The translations under genes and the position numbers were made by a program. Below, in pieces: positions 22,301 to 37,300 of a stretch of DNA of 64,000 nt (its first letter is position 1; every line of letters starts with the position of its first letter). The notes beneath the pieces were generated by a model. It had not been told where the DNA came from, ran no database searches, and saw only the letters and a list, made by a program, of their open reading frames with translations. Source of the stretch: Auanema rhodensis (Eukaryota > Animalia > Nematoda); NCBI GenBank assembly GCA_964057225.1, contig OZ059895.1, positions 1,550,001 through 1,614,000 of the forward strand, written 5' to 3'.

Positions 22301-25300
22301 GAAATTTTTCGAAAAAATTTTTGTCAAAATGTTTTTGGAAGCAATGTTGAGTGTACATGGAAACTCAACATACACTAATGCATCATTTTTCAAACGATCA
22401 TAACTAATTTTTGTATTAAGCGTTTCTCAATGTAGTATAGTGCATTCGATGCGGATTTTTAAGCTGCGTCGATCTGTGTTATCAGATTTGCGCTAGCTTA
22501 AAAATGCACCGAGATATCAACTGATATAAGTTCACACTTATATCCTCGATTTTCATCCTGAAGAATTAATTTTTTCGTTGAATAACATTGTCCATCGTCT
22601 TTGCCTTGAAAAAAAGAATCTAAAAACATCTACTTTTTGCTAAATTATTTTGAAATTTTTCGAAAAAATTTTTGTCAAAATGTTTTTGGAAGCAATGTTG
22701 AGTGTACATGGAAACTCAACATACACTAATGCATCATTTTTCAAACGATCATAACTAATTTTTGTATTAAGCGTTTCTCAATGTAGTATAGTGCATTCGA
22801 TGCGGATTTTTAAGCTGCGTCGATCTGTGTTATCAGATTTGCGCTAGCTTAAAAATGCACCGAGATATCAACTGATATAAGTTCACACTTATATCCTCGA
22901 TTTTCATCCTGAAGAATTAATTTTTTCGTTGAATAACATTGTCCATCGTCTTTGCCTTGAAAAAAAAAATCTAAAAACATCTACTTTTTGCTAAATTATC
23001 TTGAAATTTTTCGAAAAAATTTTTGTCAAAATGTTTTTGGAAGCAATGTTGAGTGTACATGGAAACTCAACATACACTAATGCATCATTTTTCAAACGAT
23101 CATAACTAATTTTTGTATTAAGCGTTTCTCAATGTAGTATAGTGCATTCGATGCCGATTTTTAAGCTGCGTCGATCTGTGTTATCAGATTTGCGCTAGCT
23201 TAAAAATGCACCGAGATATCAACTGATATAAGTTCACACTTATATCCTCGATTTTCACCCTGAAGAATTAATTTTTTCGTTGAATAACATTGTCTATCGT
23301 CTTTGCCTTGAAAAATGAAATCTAAAAACATCTACTTTTTGCTAAATTATTTTGAAATTTTCCGAAAAAATTTTTGTCAAAATGTTTTTGGAAGCAATGT
23401 TGAGTGTACATGGAAACTCAACATACACTAATGCATCATTTTTCAAACGATCATAACTAATTTTTGTATTAAGCTTTTCTCAATGTAGTATAGTGCATTC
23501 GATGCGGATTTTTAAGCTGCGTCGATCTGTGTTATCAGATTTGCGCTAGCTTAAAAATGCACCGAGATATCAACTAATACAAGTTCACACTTATATCCTC
23601 GATTTTCACCCTGAAGAATTAATTTTCTCGTTGAATAACATTGTCCATCGTCTTTGCCTTGAGAAAAGGAATCTAAAAACATCTACTTTTTGCTGAATTA
23701 TTTTGAAATTTTTCGAAAAAATTTTTGTCAAAATGTTTTTGGAAGCAATGTTGAGTGTACATGGAAACTCAACATACACTAATGCATCATTTTTCAAACG
23801 ATCATAACTAATTTTTGTATTAAGCGTTTCTCAATGTAGTATAGTGCATTCGATGCGGATTTTTAAGCTGCGTCGATCTGTGTTATCAGATTTGCGCTAG
23901 CTTAAAAATGCACCGAGATATCAACTGATATAAGTTCACACTTATATCCTCGATTTTCATCCTGAAGAATTAATTTTTTCGTTGAATAACATTGTCCATC
24001 GTCTTTGCCTTGAAAAAAAGAATCTAAAAACATCTACTTTTTGCTAAATTATCTTGAAATTTTTCGAAAAAATTTTTGTCAAAATGTTTTTGGAAGCAAT
24101 GTTGAGTGTACATGGAAACTCAACATACACTAATGCATCATTTTTCAAACGATCATAACTAATTTTTGTATTAAGCGTCTCTCAATGTAGTATAGTGCAT
24201 TCGATGCCGATTTTTAAGCTGCGTCGATCTGTGTTATCAGATTTGCGCTAGCTTAAAAATGCACCGAGATATCAACTGATATAAGTTCACACTTATATCC
24301 TCGATTTTCATCCTGAAGAATTAATTTTTTCGTTGAATAACATTGTCCATCGTCTTTGCCTTGAAAAAAAGAATCTAAAAACATCTACTTTTTGCTAAAT
24401 TATTTTGAAATTTTTCGAAAAAATTTTTGTCAAAATGTTTTTGGAAGCAATGTTGAGTGTACATGGAAACTCAACATACACTAATGCATCATTTTTCAAA
24501 CGATCATAACTAATTTTTGTATTAAGCGTTTCTCAATGTAGTATAGTGCATTCGATGCGGATTTTTAAGCTGCGTCGATCTGTGTTATCAGATTTGCGCT
24601 AGCTTGAAAATGCACCGAGATATCAACTGATATAAGTTCACACTTATATCCTCGATTTTCATCCTGAAGAATTAATTTGTTCGTTGAATAACATTGTCCA
24701 TCGTCTTTGCCTTGAAAAAAAGAATCTAAAAACATCTACTTTTTGCTAAATTATCTTGAAATTTTTCGAAAAAATTTTTGTCAAAATGTTTTTGGAAGCA
24801 ATGTTGAGTGTACATGGAAACTCAACATACACTAATGCATCATTTTTCAAACGATCATAACTAATTTTTGTATTAAGCGTTTCTCAATGTAGTATAGTGC
24901 ATTCGATGCCGATTTTTAAGCTGCGTCGATCTGTGTTATCAGATTTGCGCTAGCTTAAAAATGCACCGAGATATCAACTGATATAAGTTCACACTTATAT
25001 CCTCGATTTTCACCCTGAAGAATTAATTTTTTCGTTGAATAACATTGTCTATCGTCTTTGCCTTGAAAAATGAAATCTAAAAACATCTACTTTTTGCTAA
25101 ATTATTTTGAAATTTTTCGAAAAAATTTTTGTCAAAATGTTTTTGGAAGCAATGTTGAGTGTACATGGAAACTCAACATACACTAATGCATCATTTTTCA
25201 AACGATCATAACTAATTTTTGTATTAAGCTTTTCTCAATGTAGTATAGTGCATTCGATGCGGATTTTTAAGCTGCGTCGATCTGTGTTAACAGATTTGCG

Positions 25301-28300
25301 CTAGCTTAAAAATGCACCGAGATATCAACTAATACAAGTTCACACTTATATCCTCGATTTTCACCCTGAAGAATTAATTTTCTCGTTGAATAACATTGTC
25401 CATCGTCTTTGCCTTGAAAAAAGGAATCTAAAAACATCTACTTTTTGCTGAATTATTTTGAAATTTTTCGAAAAAATTTTTGTCAAAATGTTTTTGGAAG
25501 CAATGTTGAGTGTACATGGAAACTCAACATACACTAATGCATCATTTTTCAAACGATCATAACTAATTTTTGTATTAAACGTTTTTCAATGTAGTATAGT
25601 GCATTCGATGCGGATTTTTAAGCTGCGTCGATCTGTGTTATCAGATTTGCGCTAGCTTAAAAATGCACCGAGATATCAACTGATATAAGTTCACACTTAT
25701 ATCCTCGATTTTCACCCTGAAGAATTAATTTTTTCGTTGAATAACATTGTCTATCGTCTTTGCCTTGAAAAATGGAATCTAATAACATCTACTTTTTGCT
25801 AAATTATTTTGAAATTTTTCGAAAAAATTTTTGTCAAAATGTTTTTGGAAGCTATGTTGAGTGTACATGGAAACTCAACATACACTAATGCATCATTTTT
25901 CAAACGATCATAACTAATTTTTGTATTAAGCGTTTCTCAATGTAGTTTAGTGCACTCGATGCGGATTTTTAAGCTGCGTCGATCTGTGTTATCAGATTTG
26001 CGCTAGCTTAAAAATGCACCGAGATATCAACTGATATAAGTTCACACTTATATCCTCGATTTTCACCCTGAAGAATTAATTTTTTCGTTGAATAACATTG
26101 TCCATCGTCTTTGCCTTGAAAAAAAGAATCTAAAAACATCTACTTTTTGCTAAATTATCTTGAAATTTTTCGAAAAAATTTTTGTCAAAATGTTTTTGGA
26201 AGCAATGTTGAGTGTACATGGAAACTCAACATACACTAATGCATCATTTTTCAAACGATCATAACTAATTTTTGTATTAAGCGTCTCTCAATGTAGTATA
26301 GTGCATTCGATGCCGATTTTTAAGCTGCGTCGATCTGTGTTATCAGATTTGCGCTAGCTTAAAAATGCACCGAGATATCAACTGATATAAGTTCACACTT
26401 ATATCCTCGATTTTCACCCTGAAGAATTAATTTTTTCGTTGAATAACATTGTCCATCGTCTTTGCCTTGAAAAAAAGAATCTAAAAACATCTACTTTTTG
26501 CTAAATTATCTTGAAATTTTTCGAAAAAATTTTTGTCAAAATGTTTTTGGAAGCAATGTTGAGTGTACATGGAAACTCAACATACACTAATGCATCATTT
26601 TTCAAACGATCATAACTAATTTTTGTATTAAGCGTCTCTCAATGTAGTATAGTGCATTCGATGCCGATTTTTAAGCTGCGTCGATCTGTGTTATCAGATT
26701 TGCGCTAGCTTAAAAATGCACCGAGATATCAACTGATATAAGTTCACACTTATATCCTCGATTTTCACCCTGAAGAATTAATTTTTTCGTTGAATAACAT
26801 TGTCTATCGTCTTTGCCTTGAAAAATGAAATCTAAAAACATCTACTTTTTGCTAAATTATTTTGAAATTTTTCGAAAAAATTTTTGTCAAAATGTTTTTG
26901 GAAGCAATGTTGAGTGTACATGGAAACTCAACATACACTAATGCATCATTTTTCAAACGATCATAACTAATTTTTGTATTAAGCTTTTCTCAATGTAGTA
27001 TAGTGCATTCGATGCGGATTTTTAAGCTGCGTCGATCTGTGTTATCAGATTTGCGCTAGCTTAAAAATTCACCGAGATATCAACTAATACAAGTTCACAC
27101 TTATATCCTCGATTTTCACCCTGAAGAATTAATTTTCTCGTTGAATAACATTGTCCATCGTTTTTGCCTTGAAAAAAGGAATCTAAAAACATCTACTTTT
27201 TGCTGAATTATTTTGAAATTTTTCGAAAAAATTTTTGTCAAAATGTTTTTGGAAGCAATGTTGAGTGTACATGGAAACTCAACATACACTAATGCATCAT
27301 TTTTCAAACGATCATAACTAATTTTTGTATTAAGCGTTTCTCAATGTAGTATAGTGCACTCGATGAGGATTTTTAAGCTGCGTCGATCTGTGTTATCAGA
27401 TTTGCGCTAGCTTAAAAATGCACCGAGATATCAACTGATATAAGTTTACACTTATATCCTCGATTTTCACCCTGAAGAATTAATTTTTTCGTTGAATAAC
27501 ATTGTCTATCGTCTTTGCCTTGAAAAATGGAATCTAAAAACATCTACTTTTTGCTAAATTATTTTGAAATTTTTCGAAAAAATTTTTGTCAAAATGTTTT
27601 TGGAAGCAATGTTGAGTGTACATGGAAACTCAACATACACTAATGCATCATTTTTCAAACGATCATAACTAATTTTTGTATTAAGCGTTTCTCAATGTAG
27701 TGTAGTGCACTCGATGCGGATTTTTAAGCTGCGTCGATCTGTGTTATCAGATTTGCGCTAGCTTAAAAATGCACCGAGATATCAACTGATATAAGTTCAC
27801 ACTTATATCCTCGATTTTCACCCTGAAGAATTAATTTTTTCGTTGAATAACATTGTCCATCGTCTTTGCCTTGAAAAAAGAAATCTAAAAACATCTACTT
27901 TTTGCTAAATTATTTTGAAATTTTTCGAAAAAATTTTTGTCAAAATGTTTTTGGAAGCAATGTTGAGTGTACATGGAAACTCAACATACACTAATGCATC
28001 ATTTTTCAAACGATCATAACTAATTTTTGTATCAAGCGTTTCTCAATGTAGTATAGTGCATTCGATGCGGATTTTTAAGCTGCGTCGATCTGTCTTATCA
28101 GATTTGCGCTAGCTTAAAAATGCACCGAGATATCAACTGATATAAGTTCACACTCATATCCTCGATTTTCACACTGAAGAATTAATTTTTTCGTTGAAAA
28201 ACATTGTCTATCGTCTTTGCCTTGAAAAAAGAAATCTAAAAACATCTACTTTTTGCTACATTATTTTGAAATTTTTCGAAAAAATTTTTGTCAAAATGTT

Positions 28301-31300
28301 TTTGGAAGCAATGTTGAGTGTACATGGAAACTCAACATACACTAATGCATCATTTTTCAAACGATCATAACTAAATTTTGTATTTAGCGTTTCTCAATGT
28401 AGTATAGTGCATTCGATGCGGATTTTTAAGCTGCGTCGATCTGTGTTATCAGATTTGCGCTAGCTTAAAAATGCACCGAGATATCAACTGATATAAGTTC
28501 ACACTTATATCCTCGATTTTCACACTGAAGAATTGATTTTTTCGTTGAAAAACATTGTCTATCGTCTTTGCCTTGAAAAAAGGAATCTAAAAACATCTAC
28601 TTTTTGCTACATTATTTTGAAATTTTTCGAAAAAATTTTTGTCAAAATGTTTTTGGAAGCAATGTTGAGTGTACATGGAAACTCAACATACACTAATGCA
28701 TCATTTTTCAAACGATCATAACTAATTTTTGTATTCAGCGTTTCTCAATGTAGTATAGTGCATTCGATGCGGATTTTTAAGCTGCGTCGATCTGTGTTAT
28801 CAGATTTGCGCTAGCTTAAAAATGCACCGAGATATCAACTGATATAAGTTCACACTTATATCCTCGATTTTCACACTTAAGAATTAATTTTTTCGTTGAA
28901 TAACATTGTCCATCGTCTTTGCCTTGAAAAATGGAATCTAAAAACATCTACTTTTTGCTAAATTATTTTGAAATTTTTCGAAAAAATTTTTGTCAAAATG
29001 TTTTTGGAAGCAATGTTGAGTGTACATGGAAACTCAACATACACTAATGCATCATTTTTCAAACGATCATAACTTATTTTTGTATCAAGCGTTTCTCGAT
29101 GTAGTATAGTGCATTCGATGCGGATTTGTAAGCTGCGTCGATCTGTGTTATCAGATTTGCGCTAGCTTAAAAATGCACCGAGATATCAACTGATATAAGT
29201 TCACACTTATATCCTCGATTTTCACCCTGAAGAAATAATTTTTTCGTTGAATAACATTGTCCATCGTCTTTGCCTTGAAAAAAGGAATCTAAAAACATCT
29301 ACTTTTTGCTAAATTATTTTGAAATTTTTTGAAAAAATTTTTGTCAAAATGTTTTTGGAAGCAATGTTGAGTGTACATGGAAACTCAACATACACTAATG
29401 CATCATTTTTCAAACGATCATAACTAATTTTTGTATCAAGCGTTTCTCGATGTAGTATAGTGCATTCGATGCGGATTTGTAAGCTGCGTCGATCTGTGTT
29501 ATCAGATTTGCGCTAACTTAAAAATGCACCGAGATATCAACTGATATAAGTTCACACTTATATCCTCGATTTTCACCCTGAAGAATTAATTTTTTCGTTG
29601 AATAACATTGTCTATCGTCTTTGCCTTGAAAAATGAAATCTAAAAACATCTACTTTTTGTTAAATTATTTTGAAATTTTTCGAAAAAATTTTTGTCAAAA
29701 TGTTTTTGGAAGCAATGTTGAGTGTACATGGAAACTCAACATACACTAATGCATCATTTTTCAAACGATCATAACTAATTTTTGTATCAAGCGTTTCTCG
29801 ATGTAGTATAGTGCATTCGATGCGGATTTGTAAGCTGCGTCGATCTGTGTTATCAGATTTGCGCTAACTTAAAAATGCACCGAGATATCAACTGATATAA
29901 GTTCACATTTATATCCTCGATTTTCACCCTGAAGAATTGATTTTTTCGTTGAATAACATTGTCTATCGTCTTTGCCTTGAAAAATGAAATCTAAAAACAT
30001 CTACTTTTTGTTAAATTATTTTGAAATTTTTCGAAAAAATTTTTGTCAAAATGTTTTTGGAAGCAATGTTGAGTGTACATGGAAACTCAACATACACTAA
30101 TGCATCATTTTTCAAACGATCATAACTAATTTTTGTATTAAGCTTTTCTCAATGTAGTATAGTGCATTCGATGCGGATTTTTAAGCTGCGTCGATCTGTG
30201 TTATCAGATTTGCGCTAGCTTAAAAATGCACCGAGATATCAACTGATATAAGTTCACACTTATATCCTCGATTTTCACCCTGAAGAAATAATTTTTTCGT
30301 TGAATAACATTGTCCATCGTCTTTGCCTTGAAAAAAGGAATCTAAAAACATCTACTTTTTGCTAAATTATTTTGAAATTTTTCGAAAAAATTTTTGTCAA
30401 AATGTTTTTGGAAGCAATGTTGAGTGTACATGGAAACTCAACATACACTAATGCATCATTTTTCAAACGATCATAACTAATTTTTGTATCAAGCGTTTCT
30501 CGATGTAGTATAGTGCATTCGATGCGGATTTGTAAGCTGCGTCGATCTGTGTTATCAGATTTGCGCTAACTTAAAAATGCACCGAGATATCAACTGATAT
30601 AAGTTCACACTTATATCCTCGATTTTCACCCTGAAGAATTAATTTCTTCGTTGAAAAACATTGTCTATCGTCTTTGCCTTGAAAAAAGGAATCTAAAAAC
30701 ATCTACTTTTTGCTACATTATTTTGAAATTTTTCGAAAAAATTTTTGTCAAAATGTTTTTGGAAGCAATGTTGAGTGTACATGGAAACTCAACATACACT
30801 AATGCATCATTTTTCAAACGATCATAACTAATTTTTGTATTTAGCGTTTCTCAATGTAGTATAGTGCATTCGATGCGGATTTTTAAGCTGCGTCGATCTG
30901 TGTTATCAGATTTGCGCTAGCTTAAAAATGCACCGAGATATCAACTGATATAAGTTCACACTTATATCCTCGATTTTCACACTGAAGAATTAATTTTTTC
31001 GTTGAATAACATTGTCTATCGTCTTTGCCTTGAAAAATGGAATCTAAAAACATCTACTTTTTGCTAAATTATTTTGAAATTTTTCGAAAAAATTTTTGTC
31101 AAAATGTTTTTGGAAGCAATGTTGAGTGTACATGGAAACTCAACATACACTAATGCATCATTTTTCAAACGATCATAACTTATTTTTGTATCGAGCGTTT
31201 CTCAATGTAGTATAGTGCATTCGATGCGGATTTTTAAGCTGCGTCGATCTGTCTTATCAGATTTGCGCTAGCTTAAAAATGCACCGAGATATCAACTGAT

Positions 31301-34300
31301 ATAAGTTCACACTTATATCCTCGATTTTCACCCTGAAGATATAATTTTTTCGTTGAATAACATTGTCCATCGTCTTTGCCTTGAAAAAAGGAATCTAAAA
31401 ACATCTCCTTTTTGCTAAATTATTTTGAAATTTTTCGAAAAAATTTTTGTCAAAATGTTTTTGGAAGCAATGTTGAGTGTACATGGAAACTCAACATACA
31501 CTAATGCATCATTTTTCAAACGATCATAACTAATTTTTGTATCAAGCGTTTCTCGATGTAGTATAGTGCATTCGATGCGGATTTGTAAGCTGCGTCGATC
31601 TGTGTTATCAGATTTGCGCTAACTTAAAAATGCACCGAGATATCAACTGATATAAGTTCACACTTATATCCTCGATTTTCACCCTGAAGAAATAATTTTT
31701 TCGTTGAATAACATTGTCCATCGTCTTTGCCTCGAAAAAAGGAATCTAAAAACATCTCCTTTTTGCTAAATTATTTTGAAATTTTTCGAAAAAATTTTTG
31801 TCAAAATGTTTTTGGAAGCAATGTTGAGTGTACATGGAAACTCAACATACACTAATGCATCATTTTTCAAACGATCATAACTAATTTTTGTATCAAGCGT
31901 TTCTCGATGTAGTATAGTGCATTCGATGCGGATTTGTAAGCTGCGTCGATCTGTGTTATCAGATTTGCGCTAACTTAAAAATGCACCGAGATATCAACTG
32001 ATATAAGTTCACACTTATATCCTCGATTTTCACCCTGAAGAATTAATTTTTTCGTTGAATAACATTGTCTATCGTCTTTGCCTTGAAAAATGAAATCTAA
32101 AAACATCTACTTTTTGTTAAATTATTTTGAAATTTTTCGAAAAAATTTTTGTCAAAATGTTTTTGGAAGCAATGTTGAGTGTACATGGAAACTCAACATA
32201 CACTAATGCATCATTTTTCAAACGATCATAACTAATTTTTGTATTAAGCTTTTCTCAATGTAGTATAGTGCATTCGATGCGGATTTTTAAGCTGCGTCGA
32301 TCTGTGTTATCAGATTTGCGCTAGCTTAAAAATGCACCGAGATATCAACTGATATAAGTTCACACTTATATCCTCGATTTTCACCCTGAAGAAATAATTT
32401 TTTCGTTGAATAACATTGTCCATCGTCTTTGCCTTGAAAAAAGGAATCTAAAAACATCTACTTTTTGCTAAATTATTTTGAAATTTTTCGAAAAAATTTT
32501 TGTCAAAATGTTTTTGGAAGCAGTGTTGAGTGTACATGGAAACTCAACATACACTAATGCATCATTTTTCAAACGATCATAACTAATTTTTGTATCAAGC
32601 GTTTCTCGATGTAGTATAGTGCATTCGATGCGGATTTGTAAGCTGCGTCGATCTGTGTTATCAGATTTGCGCTAACTTAAAAATGCACCGAGATATCAAC
32701 TGATATAAGTTCACACTTATATCCTCGATTTTCACCCTGAAGAATTAATTTTTTCGTTGAAAAACATTGTCTATCGTCTTTGCCTTGAAAAAAGGAATCT
32801 AAAAACATCTACTTTTTGCTACATTATTTTGAAATTTTTCGAAAAAATTTTTGTCAAAATGTTTTTGGAAGCAATGTTGAGTGTACATGGAAACTCAACA
32901 TACACTAATGCATCATTTTTCAAACGATCATAACTAATTTTTGTATTTAGCGTTTCTCAATGTAGTATAGTGCATTCGATGCGGATTTTTAAGCTGCGTC
33001 GATCTGTGTTATCAGATTTGCGCTAGCTTAAAAATGCACCGAGATATCAACTGATATAAGTTCACACTTATATCCTCGATTTTCACCCTGAAGAAATAAT
33101 TTTTTCGTTGAATAACATTGTCCATCGTCTTTGCCTTGAAAAAAGGAATCTAAAAACATCTCCTTTTTGCTAAATTATTTTGAAATTTTTCGAAAAAATT
33201 TTTGTCAAAATGTTTTTGGAAGCAATGTTGAGTGTACATGGAAACTCAACATACACTAATGCATCATTTTTCAAACGATCATAACTAATTTTTGTATCAA
33301 GCGTTTCTCGATGTAGTATAGTGCATTCGATGCGGATTTGTAAGCTGCGTCGATCTGTGTTATCAGATTTGCGCTAACTTAAAAATGCACCGAGATATCA
33401 ACTGATATAAGTTCACACTTATATCCTCGATTTTCACCCTGAAGAATTAATTTTTTCGTTGAATAACATTGTCTATCGTCTTTGCCTTGAAAAATGAAAT
33501 CTAAAAACATCTACTTTTTGTTAAATTATTTTGAAATTTTTCGAAAAAATTTTTGTCAAAATGTTTTTGGAAGCAATGTTGAGTGTACATGGAAACTCAA
33601 CATACACTAATGCATCATTTTTCAAACGATCATAACTAATTTTTGTATTAAGCTTTTCTCAATGTAGTATAGTGCATTCGATGCGGATTTTTAAGCTGCG
33701 TCGATCTGTGTTATCAGATTTGCGCTAGCTTAAAAATGCACCGAGATATCAACTGATATAAGTTCACACTTATATCCTCGATTTTCACCCTGAAGAAATA
33801 ATTTTTTCGTTGAATAACATTGTCCATCGTCTTTGCCTTGAAAAAAGGAATCTAAAAACATCTACTTTTTGCTAAATTATTTTGAAATTTTTCGAAAAAA
33901 TTTTTGTCAAAATGTTTTTGGAAGCAATGTTGAGTGTACATGGAAACTCAACATACACTAATGCATCATTTTTCAAACGATCATAACTAATTTTTGTATC
34001 AAGCGTTTCTCGATGTAGTATAGTGCATTCGATGCGGATTTGTAAGCTGCGTCGATCTGTGTTATCAGATTTGCGCTAACTTAAAAATGCACCGAGATAT
34101 CAACTGATATAAGTTCACACTTATATCCTCGATTTTCACCCTGAAGAATTAATTTTTTCGTTGAAAAACATTGTCTATCGTCTTTGCCTTGAAAAAAGGA
34201 ATCTAAAAACATCTACTTTTTGCTACATTATTTTGAAATTTTTCGAAAAAATTTTTGTCAAAATGTTTTTGGAAGCAATGTTGAGTGTACATGGAAACTC

Positions 34301-37300
34301 AACATACACTAATGCATCATTTTTCAAACGATCATAACTAATTTTTGTATTTAGCGTTTCTCAATGTAGTATAGTGCATTCGATGCGGATTTTTAAGCTG
34401 CGTCGATCTGTGTTATCAGATTTGCGCTAGCTTAAAAATGCACCGAGATATCAACTGATATAAGTTCACACTTATATCCTCGATTTTCACACTGAAGAAT
34501 TAATTTTTTCGTTGAATAACATTGTCTATCGTCTTTGCCTTGAAAAATGGAATCTAAAAACATCTACTTTTTGCTAAATTATTTGGAAATTTTTCGAAAA
34601 AATTTTTGTCAAAATGTTTTTGGAAGCAATGTTGAGTGTACATGGAAACTCAACATACACTAATGCATCATTTTTCAAACGATCATAACTTATTTTTGTA
34701 TCGAGCGTTTCTCAATGTAGTATAGTGCATTCGATGCGGATTTTTAAGCTGCGTCGATCTGTCTTATCAGATTTGCGCTAGCTTAAAAATGCACCGAGAT
34801 ATCAACTGATATAAGTTCACACTTATATCCTCGATTTTCACCCTGAAGATATAATTTTTTCGTTGAATAACATTGTCCATCGTCTTTGCCTTGAAAAAAG
34901 GAATCTAAAAACATCTCCTTTTTGCTAAATTATTTTGAAATTTTTCGAAAAAATTTTTGTCAAAATGTTTTTGGAAGCAATGTTGAGTGTACATGGAAAC
35001 TCAACATACACTAATGCATCATTTTTCAAACGATCATAACTAATTTTTGTATCAAGCGTTTCTCGATGTAGTATAGTGCATTCGATGCGGATTTGTAAGC
35101 TGCGTCGATCTGTGTTATCAGATTTGCGCTAACTTAAAAATGCACCGAGATATCAACTGATATAAGTTCACACTTATATCCTCGATTTTCACCCTGAAGA
35201 AATAATTTTTTCGTTGAATAACATTGTCCATCGTCTTTGCCTTGAAAAAAGGAATCTAAAAACATCTCCTTTTTGCTAAATTATTTTGAAATTTTTCGAA
35301 AAAATTTTTGTCAAAATGTTTTTGGAAGCAATGTTGAGTGTACATGGAAACTCAACATACACTAATGCATCATTTTTCAAACGATCATAACTAATTTTTG
35401 TATCAAGCGTTTCTCGATGTAGTATAGTGCATTCGATGCGGATTTGTAAGCTGCGTCGATCTGTGTTATCAGATTTGCGCTAACTTAAAAATGCACCGAG
35501 ATATCAACTGATATAAGTTCACACTTATATCCTCGATTTTCACCCTGAAGAATTAATTTTTTCGTTGAATAACATTGTCTATCGTCTTTGCCTTGAAAAA
35601 TGAAATCTAAAAACATCTACTTTTTGTTAAATTATTTTGAAATTTTTCGAAAAAATTTTTGTCAAAATGTTTTTGGAAGCAATGTTGAGTGTACATGGAA
35701 ACTCAACATACACTAATGCATCATTTTTCAAACGATCATAACTAATTTTTGTATTAAGCTTTTCTCAATGTAGTATAGTGCATTCGATGCGGATTTTTAA
35801 GCTGCGTCGATCTGTGTTATCAGATTTGCGCTAGCTTAAAAATGCACCGAGATATCAACTGATATAAGTTCACACTTATATCCTCGATTTTCACCCTGAA
35901 GAAATAATTTTTTCGTTGAATAACATTGTCCATCGTCTTTGCCTTGAAAAAAGGAATCTAAAAACATCTACTTTTTGCTAAATTATTTTGAAATTTTTCG
36001 AAAAAATTTTTGTCAAAATGTTTTTGGAAGCAATGTTGAGTGTACATGGAAACTCAACATACACTAATGCATCATTTTTCAAACGATCATAACTAATTTT
36101 TGTATCAAGCGTTTCTCGATGTAGTATAGTGCATTCGATGCGGATTTGTAAGCTGCGTCGATCTGTGTTATCAGATTTGCGCTAACTTAAAAATGCACCG
36201 AGATATCAACTGATATAAGTTCACACTTATATCCTCGATTTTCACCCTGAAGAATTAATTTTTTCGTTGAAAAACATTGTCTATCGTCTTTGCCTTGAAA
36301 AAAGGAATCTAAAAACATCTACTTTTTGCTACATTATTTTGAAATTTTTCGAAAAAATTTTTGTCAAAATGTTTTTGGAAGCAATGTTGAGTGTACATGG
36401 AAACTCAACATACACTAATGCATCATTTTTCAAACGATCATAACTAATTTTTGTATTTAGCGTTTCTCAATGTAGTATAGTGCATTCGATGCGGATTTTT
36501 AAGCTGCGTCGATCTGTCTTATCAGATTTGCGCTAGCTTAAAAATGCACCGAGATATCAACTGATATAAGTTCACACTTATATCCTCGATTTTCACCCTG
36601 AAGATATAATTTTTTCGTTGAATAACATTGTCTATCGTCTTTGCCTTGAAAAATGGAATCTAAAAACATCTACTTTTTGCTAAATTATTTTGAAATTTTT
36701 CGAAAAAATTTTTGTCAAAATGTTTTTGGAAGCAATGTTGAGTGTACATGGAAACTCAACATACACTAATGCATCATTTTTCAAACGATCATAACTTATT
36801 TTTGTATCGAGCGTTTCTCAATGTAGTATAGTGCATTCGATGCGAATTTGTAAGCTGCGTCGATCTGTGTTATCAGATTTGCGCTAACTTAAAAATGCAC
36901 CGAGATATCAACTGATATAAGTTCACACTTATATCCTCGATTTTCACCCTGAAGAAATAATTTTTTCGTTGAATAACATTGTCCATCGTCTTTGCCTTGA
37001 AAAAAGGAATCTAAAAACATCTACTTTTTGCTAAATTATTTTGAAATTTTTCGAAAAAATTTTTGTCAAAATGTTTTTGGAAGCAATGTTGAGTGTACAT
37101 GGAAACTCAACATACACTAATGCATCATTTTTCAAACGATCATAACTAATTTTTGTATCAAGCGTTTCTCGATGTAGTATAGTGCATTCGATGCGGATTT
37201 GTAAGCTGCGTCGATCTGTGTTATCAGATTTGCGCTAACTTAAAAATGCACCGAGATATCAACTGATATAAGTTCACACTTATATCCTCGATTTTCACCC

